DNA from: Sphagnum compactum
Taxonomy: Eukaryota
NCBI GenBank assembly: GCA_965153455.1
Contig: OZ234493.1
Location: forward strand, 24,108,213 to 24,172,212
Direction of reading: 5' to 3'
DNA length: 64,000 nt
How positions within the stretch are numbered: the stretch's first letter is position 1; the number at the start of each line of letters is the position of its first letter. Positions 14,008 through 28,280 of the stretch are shown one piece after another. Made by a program: the position numbers and the translations under genes. The notes under the pieces were generated by a model. That model made no database searches. It was not told the DNA's origin and was given only the letters and a program-made list of their open reading frames with translations.

Positions 14008-17000
14008 TAAATAAAGTCATACGTGATTTACAAAATTATGCACTATGGTACAGTCAGTTCCACCCTAAAACCACACTGTTCTATTAGCTTTGAGTCCCAT
14101 AGGAATGGGTTTTATCAAGGCCTGTTGTAGAGTGTAACCAGTTTGCCCCACCATTGATGGATTCCATGTCTCTCACTTGTTCTTCACTGTGGATTCGTGC
14201 CACACTACAAGTTACTACAAGTGACACACACGGACTGCACCAAAAGTGAAACCAGTAAATGGCTGGCTGTGTGACTTAAGAAAAAGCCTGAAAAAGTGCC
14301 ACACGAGGTAGGAGTCTTCTTCGAGAATCCTGCCTAGTTCTGGGACCTGCAAGAACTCATTGTCTAAATCTGGCAATTTCTAACTTATTTGCATCAAAAT
14401 ATGACAAACTTGTGCGGTTTTTCCTAAGAGAACCTGCCGTAGAAGAATTTCACACTGGATTATTTTATTTTCGGTCGCCACAGTGAGAAAATTTGCCTAA
14501 AAAATAAAATTAATTGCTTCAGACCACAAAGTCAGGCTGGGAAAATCATGATTTGTTAAGTGACTTCTTTGGGGTTTTTAAAAAAAGGCATTCAAAATAA
14601 TTATTTGATCTCATGGTCATACTTTGACAAGAAGCTGTTTATTCCACACTCTCAAAATCAGGAGCTGCATGTCTATTTGAAGATAATAGACATACAGGCC
14701 AAAGTGCCGTGTTGTTGGATTTATTTTTTGTTCCCAAGGTGTTCCCATCAAGTTTCTCACTGGCTTTTCAACATGTTCCCCAATTTCCCAATATGTTTCC
14801 CAACAATGTTCCCAATAGCCCCTCACTTTGTCCTATAGCTTTGCCCAATGTCATCATCCTCTTGGAACCTATATAGGTGGGCGGACATAGAGACTTATAT
14901 TTTTATATGTTTCGAGTGAATACTTTTTCAGAACTTTTTTTGTTTTGGGCCAATCAAAGAAAGAGGCTCATTGCAAAAAAAATTCTGAACTTGGAAGCAA
15001 GTCCCCAACTAAATAATGTGTTCCCAATAAGATAGGTTTATAGTGGATGTTAAGAGGTCACTAATCTGATCACTTTACTTTATGAAAGATGATTCGATTT
15101 GTATTGTTTTGACATCTTATTGGCCATTTTCCATAGCACAAGATGAGTGTTTCCAGGTTTAAATAGATGCCATAGTATTTAGGCCACTTTGATAGCTCAT
15201 TGTCAAATATTTAATTCAATTTTCAAAAACTCAATTGGATACTCATTTTTTAAATTGCTTTTATACTCAACAAAGGTTGAGTGTTAATTAACTAGAAAGT
15301 TGTGCCAATTGCACTTTGCAAAAAGTTAAGAGAATGAGTAGTCTACTTTTAGAACAATGAAAAAGTTATGTTAATCTCTGTCTCATAAAGTTGGTGACTT
15401 TTTCATGTGCACATATTAGACATCCATTTGATTTCTTCGTCAAAGTATTAAACAAGACCCCTTGAATGATGAAAGAAAACATATTTTTATTTCTAAAAAT
15501 TCAGCATAGCTAACCAATATTTATCAAATTTTAAAAAATAATCAAAAAAATTTAATTAATGTCGAACTGAGGTACTATGGTAATAGATGTGTATGTGGTT
15601 TCTACTGTCCACAAATCCTTTCATTTTCACATTTCACATTTATGTGATTGATCCGTTTGTCTTCTGTCAAAACTCCAAAACCACTCTATGGTTGATGTTT
15701 TCACAAATAAAAATGAATATCACAGGATTTGGTGTGGCTAAGAATAAGAAAACCATGTGCCCATGTCTCACTACAAATTGTTTTTTATAATTTTATCGTC
15801 ACAACTAGTGAACATACTTCTTTTGGCATGTACACTGCATCTAATAGGATGTGGAATAGTCTCTTCTGCTTTGGGGCTTCATTGCTTAGGTTCCATATTC
15901 AGCAGATGTCTTGCATAACATTTGCTCATGCTAATGAAAACAATTCCATATTCCATGGAATCCAATCTAGGGATTAATGACTCCAAAGTCATTCATTGTG
16001 CAAGCCACACCAAAGTGTATACGTATGTTGTAAGTCTATGGATGTAGACGACATATTTTGCAACTTGTCATAATTTTGTTTTTAAATCCTGAACATGTGG
16101 AAAACCATCCATCGATTTCAGCTTAAGATGTGAGTGGTAAATACTAGTAGGTGACAAAACCCTTGAATTTTGCAACTTGCCCTTTTGTCTTTTTTGTTTT
16201 TTGATGGCGTTTGGGATTCCATCCATTGTGTGCGGGCAACAAGGGGATGAGAAATCCTACGATGTTGAACATTTTCTTTAGGCACAAACTTTGGCAATGG
16301 GATTTTCCTTTTTGTCTCCTTTCAAGACAACCAAATTGTAAGTGTTTTCATTAAACTACAGTTCTTTATATATATGAAAATGGTTGACATGTTGTGCATG
16401 CTGTTTTTTCTTGGCATAAACATCTACTACCTTTTCAACCTTCATCCTGCTAAAATGATTCATTTCCTCTTTGTATGGAATATCTTGAAATAACTACAAT
16501 TTGGAACTTCTATTGTTCTCTTAGGTCAATGTTGAACCTTAGCAAAAAGCTGCTTTTGGTATGGTTTTGGATATGGTTATCAACAAGTTTATGAATTATG
16601 TTTCTACATTGTGCAAAACCAACCATCAAACAACTCAAGATATTGAAGTTTGTTTGTTTTTAAGGTTTGTCAAATCCATGTAATGGGAGTCTGAGAACAC
16701 ATTTTATTGTTCATTCAATTGCACTTTATACTTTCAATGATTTTATGGATCATGGGGTTCCATTATCACTTGATCAATTTGGGATTAACAGTTAACACCA
16801 CGCAAAACAAATCTGTCCATAGCATTTGTTGTACTTTTAATCTTCAATTTGACTTGGTACTTTTGTAAATCAACGTGGAAGATGTATTCCAGCTATAGTC
16901 AAGAGACGTTTTATTTCATGAATTATGATCATACATATCAATTCACACCATTTATTCATGCATTTTATGTCTTATAATATGCTATATATTATATTCATTG

Positions 17001-18309
17001 AGATCATGAAAGAATGTCATTGTGTTTTCATATACCATGAGCAAGTTCATTCCGATTTCAAATACATTGCATGAAAGTCATATTCAATTGAATTGAATTG
17101 GAATTCTTTTCATAATTTTGTTGAGTTAAATTCAACCAAAATATAAAATTTTAATTATGAGGAGCATATGTTAATTTGTTTTTTAATATTCATATAGGTG
17201 GGTTGGTGAAAGGAGTGAGGTAGTTAAGTAGTTATGGTATGTTTTTATAATTGTCACATGGAGTTGGTGGATGATCAAGTTGTAATGGTAATGATCACTA
17301 ACAAACCTTACACTTGATTCACCTTAACTAGTTCCAAATATATTGTTACTAGACTTAAATACAATCGCAATCACATATATTGTTTGAAATGTAAGGTCAT
17401 TGGAACTAGTTTTACACATCATATATCGTAAATGATTGAACTAATGTTGAAAGTGTTTAATGTGTTTCCACACGTTTTGAAAATATTATTGAAAAATTTG
17501 AAATGACTTGAGATGAATCTAGTGTATATAGAATATTCAAAAGCACTTTTAAAAAAAATGTAACCAATGTTTCTGTTGCTTAACCTTATTTTTAAATGAC
17601 TTGAAAAGACATGAAAATGACACACAAATGAATAAGAATTGAAATACACCTTTACATAAAAATGAAACGTGAATTTTTTCTTTGTCAAGCTTATGTTTTA
17701 TATCTATAAAAATCATGGGTGACATAATTCATGTTTGCCCTTTGCAACCAATTCTCTGATATTGCCACCAACACATCCTAACTAGCTAACCCACCACTTT
17801 CTAATGAGTCACCTTAAGTGGATGAATGTGACTATTGTTACCACATTTGCAACCTATTACCTATACCATGTTACATATCAGCAAACAAACTATATACCTG
17901 CCCAATATGCGGCCATCATGGGTATGTAGATTGTGACCTAAATGCTACCTCTGTTCTCTCAACAACAATAAGAAGCAGCACATCAAAATCTCCTATCTTA
18001 AATTGTGTTTGTATCCTTTCATTTAGATATCACATTGGTGAAATGGTTGTATAATTTAAGACACCAAATTAGAACTTTCACCACCGCATCTTACTAATTA
18101 GAGTCTTTTCTTTGGCATTTTGTGTTCATTGAACTTACATCCTTTCATTTTTGAGTCTAGTTGGGGCGCTTGGATAATAACTATCCTGATATTTACATCT
18201 TTTGTGTGGTACAAATTTTCTATTACCTTTCCATCAGCTGCTCCATCCATTGATAATTAGTCTTCCTCAGCGTGTTTATAATCAAGCCAGAATCTAATTG
18301 TATTCAATT

Positions 18310-18520
18310 TGACCATGATGATAGGACACATGATGTTTTTGCTTCCATTCTTCTGTTTTTCAAGAAAATGGTTTTCAAACATTCACAAACATATGCATTT
18401 ATTTCCCTCGTCAACATCTTGATTGACCCAATTGGGTGTTGGCATTGCCTTTTGTAAAGATGGGGGGTTTACTCTTTTGGATATCATCATTACTAATCCA
18501 ACAAAGCAAATATTCTTCCT
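18310..18520 (+). mobile_element. Second, more decayed RLE non-LTR retroelement fragment
   Basis: HDDRTHDVFASI and FCKDGGFTLLDIIITNPT resemble the 13.1-kb fragment (TKDRVCT-LVDSIIVDP). Confidence 0.5.
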
Positions 18521-20769
18521 TGTTCAATTGAAATGCCAAAAGCCCTATGTTATTAGGCCATGCATGCAAAATAAGTTATTGAAATTAACACTGATGAAAT
18601 TAGTTTGTTCTCAAATGCTTTGGCTATCTGCACAAACCAATCAATAGTTTCTTGCATATTTTCATAAACAAATCTTGAGACAATGAAGGTCTAGAAGGTC
18701 CCCTAAAGATGCATTAAAACATATGCAAGCCATGTAAACTTCATCCATTCTAAATTAAATAGAAAACATTAAGGTTCTCTTCCACCTAATTTCCACTTGT
18801 TGCAAATTCACTGCCCAACCTCACATCTAGTTGTTATTTATCGGTGATCTTGTTAGGATTTAAGTGCTTTCTTGTTCCTTTCCCGTTTTTCTCATGTTAT
18901 CATTCAATACTGTTTGTCATGTTTACAATAGTTTTAATCCTACAGTCCCATATCATGAGCTACAACCCATGTCCCTGCAAAATTTTGGAGAGTATAGGGA
19001 AAATCATATGGTTGCAGATTTAGGAGTATGGATGTGTGTTTGCTAGAGACATCCTGAACCCCATTGAGTTTGTTACAACTTTGATGAGGATTGAAACCTT
19101 AGTTGTGTCCTCCTTTTTCCTTCAGAGTTCATCCCAACATGTTAGTTCTCCCTTGAACCCTAAGTTTTCAGACTGCCACAAAAATGTTCGCTTGAATTCC
19201 AATCTTCCATAATAGATCCGGTGTTGATGATTGCATTCAGTTTTGCTTTATGTCTATCTCTCTTAGATGTGATCCCTGTATTTGTTGATTTCAATTCCTA
19301 CCTCGCCAATATCTCGGAGCGGAGTATTGCAAGCCTCACCTTTATGCATAGGTAATATAACGGGTTTAACCAAATCCTAAACTAATCCAATTGATAACCA
19401 AATAACATGCTAAGAGTAGCAAATTGGTACATACTACCTTGACAACTTACAAATGGGTCTCAGAGTGGATATTTGAAGCCTGACCTTTATGCACAATTTG
19501 ACAGGTTTAACCAAATCTTAAACCAATGAATCAGTAACTGGATAAAATGCTCAGACAAGCAAAATTGTACTGGGTGAGTCTTAATGTCTGTTTCAAAATC
19601 TGGTTATGTTGGCCTGTATGTGCAACAAGTAATCCATTTGACAATAACCCGTCATCACTTGAGGTGAAAAAAATAGTAAGATCCTACTCAACATGAGTTT
19701 TGACAAATGATGATTCTAGCACATGATCTGGTTGTTCCAACCATCACCCTAGTACAAAAATGCAATTGTGGGAGAGTGACAGTCTTCACCCCAACAAGCC
19801 TATGCTATCTTCCAGTGTCTAGTTGCAGGCCACTGTATTAAGACATACAGGTATATGCCAGCCTTTTTGCTCACTAGCAGAAGATCCTAACAAATGTTTT
19901 AGACACTAGGTGGGAGCCTTGGGGATTCTTCAAAATCTGTAGCCAATCCGTTGCCCAAGTCCTTTCAGTTTGCTCTCTTGATCAGCTTTGTGTGCCTAAT
20001 AAATTCAGGGTTTCCACCAACCCTCAGATCATATTGACAAGTGAGCTCATCATGACCAATGCCTATCTATGTGCAATAGAAGAAAACACCATCGTACCAA
20101 GCTGCTCCCTTCCTTGCCACATTGAACCAAAGTGGAGAAGACAGTGTGTGCTATCCTTCATGTCTGCTGCAGCAGAGAGCAGCCCCAAATCTTTCTCATC
20201 TTTCCTTGGAAAAAGGATGCACAGCAGGGAGAAATGATATCTTTTGCACATGGAAGATAAAAGGTCATGCTTAATCTTCAAGTTCTATGGCATGTGCACA
20301 ATATGGCAGAAGGACATCTATCAGTCACAGGGCCACAAGACAAGTCAGGCCTTCTTTACTGGCAAGATATTCCAATGAAATTCTGGTCAGCTACACATAC
20401 AACTTGATCTACAACTTCAATCCAGAATTTGTCATAGCACGCAGGTGCATTGCCTACTCTAGCAAAACAACCAACAAGTGGTGAATGCTTTTCAAGCCCT
20501 CAACATGGTAGCTGGATCCAAAGAAGAAATGAAGATTAGCCACAATTGCAATTCCTCATCAAGGCCATAATCACCAATACACAGAGAACACTGGGTCAAT
20601 TCCACTGAACCACAAGCTCCCCACCAGGGTGTTGTTCAGAGGTTCAAGTGTCCTGTAAGGAGCCACATTCTAATGCAATAGTTCAAATTTGAACTTCTTG
20701 GAAGATTGCAGGACAGATCAAAGACACAATCTCTAGAAAATAATTATTTACATTTGGCTGCAGATTTGG

Positions 20770-23044
20770 TCATTCCAAACGATCAAGCCCATCCCGAATG
20801 GCTGTTTGGAAAGTCTTGTTGTGAAGCAAGTAGGAAGAGACATGCCCACCTCTCACCCAGCGGACCTCTGACCCTGGCCATGCCTTTTGCAGTTTAAGTG
20901 CTGAATGGTCCGGAACGTACCCATCATCCTAAGCATCACACATAGCAGAACTGCATACCTAAGAATTCATAACTTCATAGTAGCACAACCTCCATGGGAC
21001 AGTATGCTGACGACTACATTACATTAACATTTGCATTCAGCATTGCATTACTGTATATGAACAATTCTAGATAATCACAAATAACAGCATATAATCATGC
21101 ACAAATGAGAGAAGGCTTACTGTGGCAGCCACAAAGATGACAGCACTAGGGTTCTTGGGAAGAGGAAAACGAGTCACATCTGTGAGTGCCAAGACTGTGC
21201 GCATTCGCTCGACTACTTGTTCTCGAGTCATAGCTCCAGAGAGCAATTTATCACGCATAAGCACTTCCCATGCAGTTCCATGTTGTAATATGCCCTCACA
21301 GAAGGCAACAGCTGCTGAATGGGGTGTTAAGAATGGAAGAATGGCCACCGGTGTAGGATGCAAAGACCCCACCATGGCAGCATGCACTCCTCCTGAAACC
21401 AGACTCAGCAAAAGTTGCATGTTAGGGTTTTTGAAGTCTATTCTGCCTTTTAAATCTCTTTCAGTGCACAAAGCCAAGCTTGTTGATGAGCACTTGACTA
21501 TGCTACTGGATGCTAAAACACAACTGAGACAGAAGAAAGTGGATTACCCATGCTTAGCCCGCAAACACCAAGCTTGTTAAACCCTATCTCATTCTGCATC
21601 CAATACAAAAGTGTACGTGCTTCTTCAATTGTTGCTCTTCCCAGCAACAGCAAGTCACTCACACATAACAGCCTTGACCCTGATTGCAAAGGTGGTCTTC
21701 TCTTACCATAGAAGGGGCTGCACCCAAAACACAAAAAAAGACTGTGAGGAGTACCAAATCCTTGTCCCATAGTGTAAGATCCATCTGTCTGCAAGCATTT
21801 GATGGAATCAACCACAGCTGTGCTCCAGAAAAAAATAAATTAATCTTCAAGATGACTTGTACCTAAACACAGAACCTGAAAACTGCAAAAAATGGAATCT
21901 CTTCCCAAAAACTCTTCAAATTTTCAGTTTTACCAGTTGCATTTTTTTGAACTGGTGAAAAGTACAAATCCTTCTGACTAGGATTTCTAACCTATTTCTT
22001 CCTATTTCTAACCTTCCATTCGTTCATTCTACATGGACAAGCTAAGGTAACACAGTAAGTCAAGGGAGATAACTCACCTTTCCAAAACCATGGTGGCAAT
22101 ATTTTGTTTCAACAACGGTGCCCCCAACCGCAATCGTCTTTCAAAGCCATGATCCCCTGTGCCTGCATTGCAAGATTGCAATCTCATTCAATCCTCTCTT
22201 TTCAAGAAGGAGAAAAACCTCCAAAGATGGGAATGCCCATCAAGATTGACACATCAGCTTAATCCTTCACAGGATTTCAGTCTTGGATTCACAATGTACA
22301 GTAAACATTGTATCTTTCAAGATCATTTGTGGCTTTTAACCTCCAAACTTCATAAAACTAAGAGTCTGAAGTAAGAGAAACTGTCTCCACACAATTCCTT
22401 CCTTGCATCACAGGCACTCTTCAGATCAACCGTACTAACACATAATGATGTTTCTCATGCACCCTGTAATGTAATGAGAAACATGCATTACAAGTATCAC
22501 CATCAGGACACACAACAAACAGCAATGCAACATAAACCCTCACACCAAGAACAGATTAAACACATCCAATTCATTCTGCCAAATTTTCATGGAACTGTTT
22601 CCACAGACAGAGGAAGACAGAAAAGTGGCAGAGGGTTTTAAAAATTACATACACACCAGCCAAATGCACAACACACGCAGTCTGGTGGGCTGGCGTGTGG
22701 CGAGGACTGAGCATCCGCACCCGGGCGGTGTGGCTCTCACAAGGCAAAACTTCCCGAAGCATTGCATCACAGGGGGTGAGGAATGTGCCCTCTCGGAGAC
22801 AGGCATTTCTGGACTCCCACAAAGTCTTCCAAGCTGGTCGGATGCTGGGAGGGGGCCAATGCTGGGAGGAGACCTGGACCAGACCCTGTGAGATGTTCTG
22901 CCGGATTAGCTGCTCCAGCAGCTCCAACTGAGGCCCCCCCCACCCCTTAGAGAAGAAGGGTGGTGCCAGTCTCAACCGGTGCATGAGAGCACCATACACG
23001 TGGTCTAGCCAGTAATGTGCAAAACCTAGATTGACCGTCACCAT
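20770..23044 (-). CDS. ABHD18: ABHD18-like alpha/beta hydrolase (DUF2048), 357 aa. Exons 23044-22657, 22162-22078, 21717-21548, 21392-21121, 20928-20770
   Basis: Five GT/AG exons (388+85+170+272+159 = 1074 nt) splice in frame; motifs PPFFSKGWG, HLAGTGDHGF, LESPFYGKRRP, nucleophile GLSMGG, DDGYVP, GGHVSS. Confidence 0.95.
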
Positions 23045-23481
23045 CTGTGGAGATGGGTACCTCCAAAATGATGAAATCTCAACTACCACGCTTTTCCTAA
23101 ACCTTCAACACCAAATGTAAAGCCTTGTAATCCACTGTCAACCTTAACAACATCTTTGAAAGATGGCTTCTCCAAATAAGAAAAATCTCAAAAACTACTC
23201 CCTTTGCAAAACCTTCTTAACACAAAAACACCAAACCTCAAAGCTTCTATTGCATTACTTGCTGTTAAGGCATTATCCCAAGGAATGTCAATCTTGAAAG
23301 CTCTCGCTCTTGATAACCCCGGTTGAAACATCGACCTTGCAGCAGCGGCAGCAGCTCCATTTGCGTGACACTCTATTCTCTCTTACACCGTTCTTGAATC
23401 GTGCGCCATAGATTACGTCTCCGCGGACATCCTGAAAAAAAATCCGATCCTGCAAAGAAACCGCATAGCTATCTATGGCAC

Positions 23482-23633
23482 TTTCAATCACCGAAATGTA
23501 GAGAAATCCCCAAAGACACAGACATGGGTCAACACCAAAAATGGTGCAAAACTGTGTTTCAATCCCCGAAATGGAGAGAAATCCCTAAAGACACAGAGAG
23601 ATGGGTCAAAACCAAAAAATGGTGCACAACTGT
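23482..23633. repeat. ~75-bp tandem duplication upstream of the ABHD18 CDS
   Basis: TTTCAATC.CCGAAATG.AGAGAAATCCC.AAAGACACAGA...ATGGGTCAA...ATGGTGCA.AACTGT at 23482 and 23557. Confidence 0.9.
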
Positions 23634-24694
23634 AAACAAGAAGATGAAGAAAAATATATCCACTTAGGCCACAAACGGATGTGCATTGATCTTAACAAGA
23701 AGTACCCACACAAGGGAAGAGTGGGATACAAGCTGATCATCATCCGATGAACAAACACGTTTGTCTTCTATCAATCTTCACCTAACCTAGTCATGGCAGT
23801 GGATGAGAATGATGAACAATCAATCACTGCTCCTTGCTGCTTTCGTCACTTCAGCGCTGCCTAGTCATCAGCTGGATTGACTGCAGGGCCAGAGTGAATC
23901 AGCACCCAACCAGCATAGCATTAAGGATGAATGATTAGTGGTCAGGAAAACAGTTTTCTGTTGGGCCGCAGTTCACTAGCTAACCATGGTAGTTAGCTCA
24001 GTTGCTTTTTTCTTTTTTCTTTTTACTACCTACCAGTAGATATTTTTCTTTAAATTTCTTGTTTTCATTTGTGATGTCGCCATACTTGGGATCATCCACC
24101 AGAGGAATTAGCCAAATTTGGCTATAGGTCATAAATCAAAGTAGAAAACTTTGAAAATCCTGCTATATTTTGGCAACCTGATGGAAGAACCTATTGTCTA
24201 AATATGACAATAGCTATTTAGAATAGAGATCCACCTCCTCACAAAATTTCACCAAAAAAAAAGGGTGCTACCTACCTACTAATAATCACCCTACATACTA
24301 ACAACATGGAGGTTGTTAGTAGGTAGGTAGTAAGGTAGGTTGTATGGGCTGGAGTGAACCAGCAGCCACCAATGCACCAGTTGAGGATGAGCCCGTTGGA
24401 GCCGTTTTGGGGATGAACCAAAAACCCATCCTCCCTACTCGTATGTATTGTTTTTTCCCGCCTCTCATCTGCCCCAGAATTTTCCCCTCCTACCTACCTC
24501 CCCCCTCCTACCTCTCACTCCATCGCCAGAGCTTTGGAGTCGTCGATCGAGAGCGCGAAGGGAGGCTGGAGAGCGAAAGCATGAGGGGAGGCTGGAGTTG
24601 GAGCTCGGAGCACCTGAAGCAGGACCCACGCAGGACCCAGAGCTGGAGAGGTAAGCTCCCTTTTTTTTTCCTTTTTTTTTGTTCCAGCATAGTG

Positions 24695-26260
24695 AAAAAG
24701 GCGCCAGCTGCCGTCGCCTTCTTTTTTCGTTTTGCTGCAACGCAGAAGGCGATGGCAACAATGCTTGTTTTGTTTTCTTGTGACGCAACAAAGAAGGCGA
24801 CGGCAGTCTGTCGTCCCCTTCTTCTTTTTTCTTCTTTTCTTCTAGCTTAGCGAAGAAGGCGACGACAGCATTGCTGCCGTCGCCTTCTTCTTGTTATTTT
24901 ATTGTAACACAGTGGAGAAGGCAACGGTAGCTTTGCTGCCATCGCCTTCTTTTTTTTTTTGCAGTGCAACAAAGAAGGCGAATGTAGCAACGCTGTCGCC
25001 TTCTTTTTTTTGTTGCAGTGCAGCAAAGAAAGCGACTGTAATAACGCTGCCGTCGCCTTCTTGTTTTCGTTTTGTTGCAATGCAACAAAGAAGGCGACGA
25101 TATCATTTTGTTGCAATGCCACAAAGAAGGCGATGGCATCGTTTTGTTGCAGCACAACATAAAAGGCGTCGTCGCCTTCTTATTTTTGTTTTGTTTAACT
25201 GCAACAAAGAAGGTGACGGTAGTCTGTCGTTTCCTTTTTTTTCTTCTTTTCTTCTAGCTTAGCGAAGAAGGCAACGACAGCGTTGCTGCCGTCGTTTTTC
25301 TTTTCTTTTACTATGCAACAAAGAAGGCGATGGTAGCAACCCTACCATCACCTTGTTGATTTTGTTTTGTTGCAGCACAACAAAGAAGGCGACGGCAACG
25401 TTCCTGCTGTCACCTTCTTGTTTTTGTTTTAGTGCAACATAACAAAAAAGGCGACGGCAGCGTTGCTACCGTCGCCCTTTTTTTTTTTCTTCTTTTGTTC
25501 TAGCGTAGCGAAGAAGGCGATGGTAGCGTTGCTGCGACGCTGCTATCGCCTTCTTTTTTCGTTTTACTGCAATGCGTTGCTGCCATCGTCTTTTTTTTTT
25601 TTTTCTTCCAACGTAGCGAAGAAGGCGACGATAGCGCTGCTGCCATCGCCTTTTTTTTTTTTCCTTTTCTTCCAATGTAGCGAAGAAGGCGATGGCAACG
25701 TTGTTGCCATCGCCTTCTTTTTTCGTTTTGCTGCAACGTAGAAGGCGATGGCAGCAACGCTGCCATCGCCTTCTTCTTTCTTCCAACGTAACGAAGAAGG
25801 CGACGGCAGCATTGTTACCGTCACCTTCTTCTTTTTAATTTGTTGGAGCTCATTGAAAAGGGCGACGACAGCAAGTACCGTTGCCTTCTTTTTTCTTTGT
25901 GTTGTAGCGAAACAAAGAAGGTGAAAGCAACCCAGCGCAGAAGGCGTTTTTGTTTTGTTGTAGCACAGTGAAGAAGGAGACAACAGCGTTGCTGCCGTCG
26001 CCTTCTTTTTTACCTTTTGTTGTAGAGCAGCCTAAAAGGCGACTGTTGCTTTGTCGCCTTTTTTTTTTAAAGGTGCACTGTGTAACACTTTTTGCACACC
26101 TTCAACCTATTCTTATGTGGTTTCATTGTATTGAAGAAGAAGACGACAGCTTCCGTCACCTTCTTCGATGGCTTTGCTATAAGGAAATGGCGACCTCCGC
26201 CTTTTCTTGGTGGTTTTGTTGCGAAGAAGGTGACGGCAACAATGTTGTCACCTTCTTCTA
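24695..26260. repeat. Array of about 25 short palindromes (AAGAAGGCGAYGGCARC-loop-GYTGCCRTCGCCTTCTT) with ~60-bp spacing
   Basis: Perfect 17-bp stem with 3-nt loop at 25683-25719 and 16-bp stem at 25740-25774; T-rich spacers; higher-order duplication in which ~24786-24880 resembles ~25201-25295. Confidence 0.92.
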
Positions 26261-26366
26261 TGGTGACGGTTTCATTTTAGTTTTTTTGTTGGTGCTTATG
26301 GTTTAGTTTATTAAAATTGACAATTGACAATGAAATTGTGGTTTTTTGTTTAGGGTTGAAGGTGTA

Positions 26367-27786
26367 ATGGCTAGGGGAAGGAGATTGAAGAAAAGTGGTG
26401 GTGGTGAGTTGAAAATGCATAAGCAAAATGTTGCTACGTCAGATGAAAGAATTGTTGAGCCAAATGTTGCTGCAGCAGAGGAGGCAATTGCCGAACCAAA
26501 TGTTGTTGCATCAGATGTGGTAATTGCTCAGCAAAATGTTGCTACATCAGATGAAGCAATTGGAAACGAAAATGTTGTTCCATCAAATGAACTAATCGGT
26601 GAACAAAATGGTGCTTAATCATAATTGAGACATAAGGATGACAGTTTGTAATATAGATTGTTCTAGAATTTATGGACATTAGATTTAATACAGATTAAAG
26701 AAATTGTACAAGTTTTATGAAGTTTAATTATATCCACACCTTCCATCATTTGTTGGAAGGTGCAGGATTTTTTTTGTCAATTTTTTTTATTGCAATACTT
26801 GAAAATAGTTAATGTTTACAGGAGTAATATGTGATTGTGTGATTTTATGTTTTGTAATACCTGCATTCTATTTTTTGAACTCTCATTTTTTGGTTAGGTC
26901 CGAAACTTGAAACTGACCAGGCTTTTCAGCCACCGGCACCCCCTTATTCACCTAATTTGGTTCGGAAGGACAAAGAATGGACGAGAGTTGGGTCGAAATG
27001 GAAGTGCAAAGTTGGCACTTACATTATCGCATATTGTGCCAAATGGTTGTTGACCAAGCATTTGAAGGAGGCGCATGACTTGGTGGCAGAAAAGGCCCAA
27101 CCTGGGGGCCTTCAACTTCTGCAGGAGGTCCTCGACATCAAGACCATGCCAAAATGAATGTTCGCATCTTGGGAAATGTCATGGCTATGCAAAGGCAGAA
27201 TGATCAAAATGTTGCTAGTCGCACTCGTGCCAAAGCACAACGCGAGTGGAATAACCTAGTAGCTATTGCAAAACAGTGTCCACCATTCCCAAAACTTGTT
27301 TTGGTCAAATTAGCTTCAGAGCAATTATTGAAAGTGTTGGGCCTCAATGCTTAGGGCGTGGGAGTGTGCCTCGAGATGCAACATCACGAATGGAGAAGGA
27401 TGAAAATTTACAAGGGATGATTCGATCCACCCGTTGTGTATATGCATGACAATTAAAGATGGCATGGGATGTAAAAAATTAAGATCGAGAGTCCAGTAAA
27501 ACAAGTCGGACAAATAAGTTGGCAGATGTTTTGGATTTTCATGAATCTAGAATGATTCATGGAAGGTAAGAAACAATAATAATCAATGTTGATTGTTTTT
27601 TTATTGTATTTCATCCAAGGTGTGTTAGGGTTTAATTTGGTGGTTTTTAGGTGTTTATAGGGTTCAGGACAAAACAAAGGAAAAGTTTGTTGCAAATGCA
27701 GTTCAGGTTGAGATGCAACGCCACCATTTTTACACTGCTTGTCATGCAGCAAAGGCTGTAAATGCAACAACTGCATACCGAGTTAA
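26367..27786 (+). pseudogene. Decayed three-exon gene: 13-aa acidic repeats, C2H2-like finger and Cys-rich C-terminus. Exons ~26367-26610, 26898-~27563, 27661-27786
   Basis: MARGRRLKK...(QNVATSDERIVEP-like)x5, then PKLETDQAFQPPAPPYSPNLVRKDKEW...WKCKVGTYIIAYCAKWLLTKHLKEAH, then GKVCCKCSSG*DATPPFLHCLSCSKGCKCNNC; splice sites present; contains frameshifts and stops. Confidence 0.6.
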
Positions 27787-28280
27787 ACACGGGATTGTAA
27801 ATACTGATATGGGTTAGGGTTTCACTTTATATAGTTAGTTAGGATTTTTAGCCCATTATTTTTTGGACTACCTAATTTTTGAACTTCGATCCTTTGATAT
27901 GTTATAGAGAACCAACGTTTTTTTTTTCATTGGGTTCTTTAGTAATTTTTATGCACCCATTTTTGTGCATCTTTTATCAATATATTAGTATCTTCTACTC
28001 ACACTTGTTTGATGGGTATATGGTTAATCATATATGTCTTCTTTGTCATAATTTTCTTAGTATTTGAGATGTAAGAATCAAACCTTAAATAGGCCCATAT
28101 GAATAGGTAACATTAATTTGTTTAGGGTCTACAAAGATCAAAATGAACATTGTGTAATATTTACATCTAATATAATAGGACTCACATCACCTAAAGACTT
28201 TTAAAATAATACACACATTTTAAACATATAATACCTACATCATTTTCTATTATAAATTCCATAAGGCCATTTGCAAATAT

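Noticed and set aside
15590-17050. Possible decayed transposon coding region
   Set aside because: No motif that I could assign with confidence
19330-19570. Degenerate ~145-bp direct duplication
   Set aside because: Old, divergent local duplication with no further structure
24695-26260. CRISPR-like appearance of the palindrome array
   Set aside because: The repeats are degenerate, the spacers are low-complexity and related to each other, there are no cas genes, and the context is eukaryotic
24344-26306. Many overlapping 60-170-aa ORFs (LLPSPS / RRRRQ-rich)
   Set aside because: They are by-products of the stop-poor palindromic repeat on both strands
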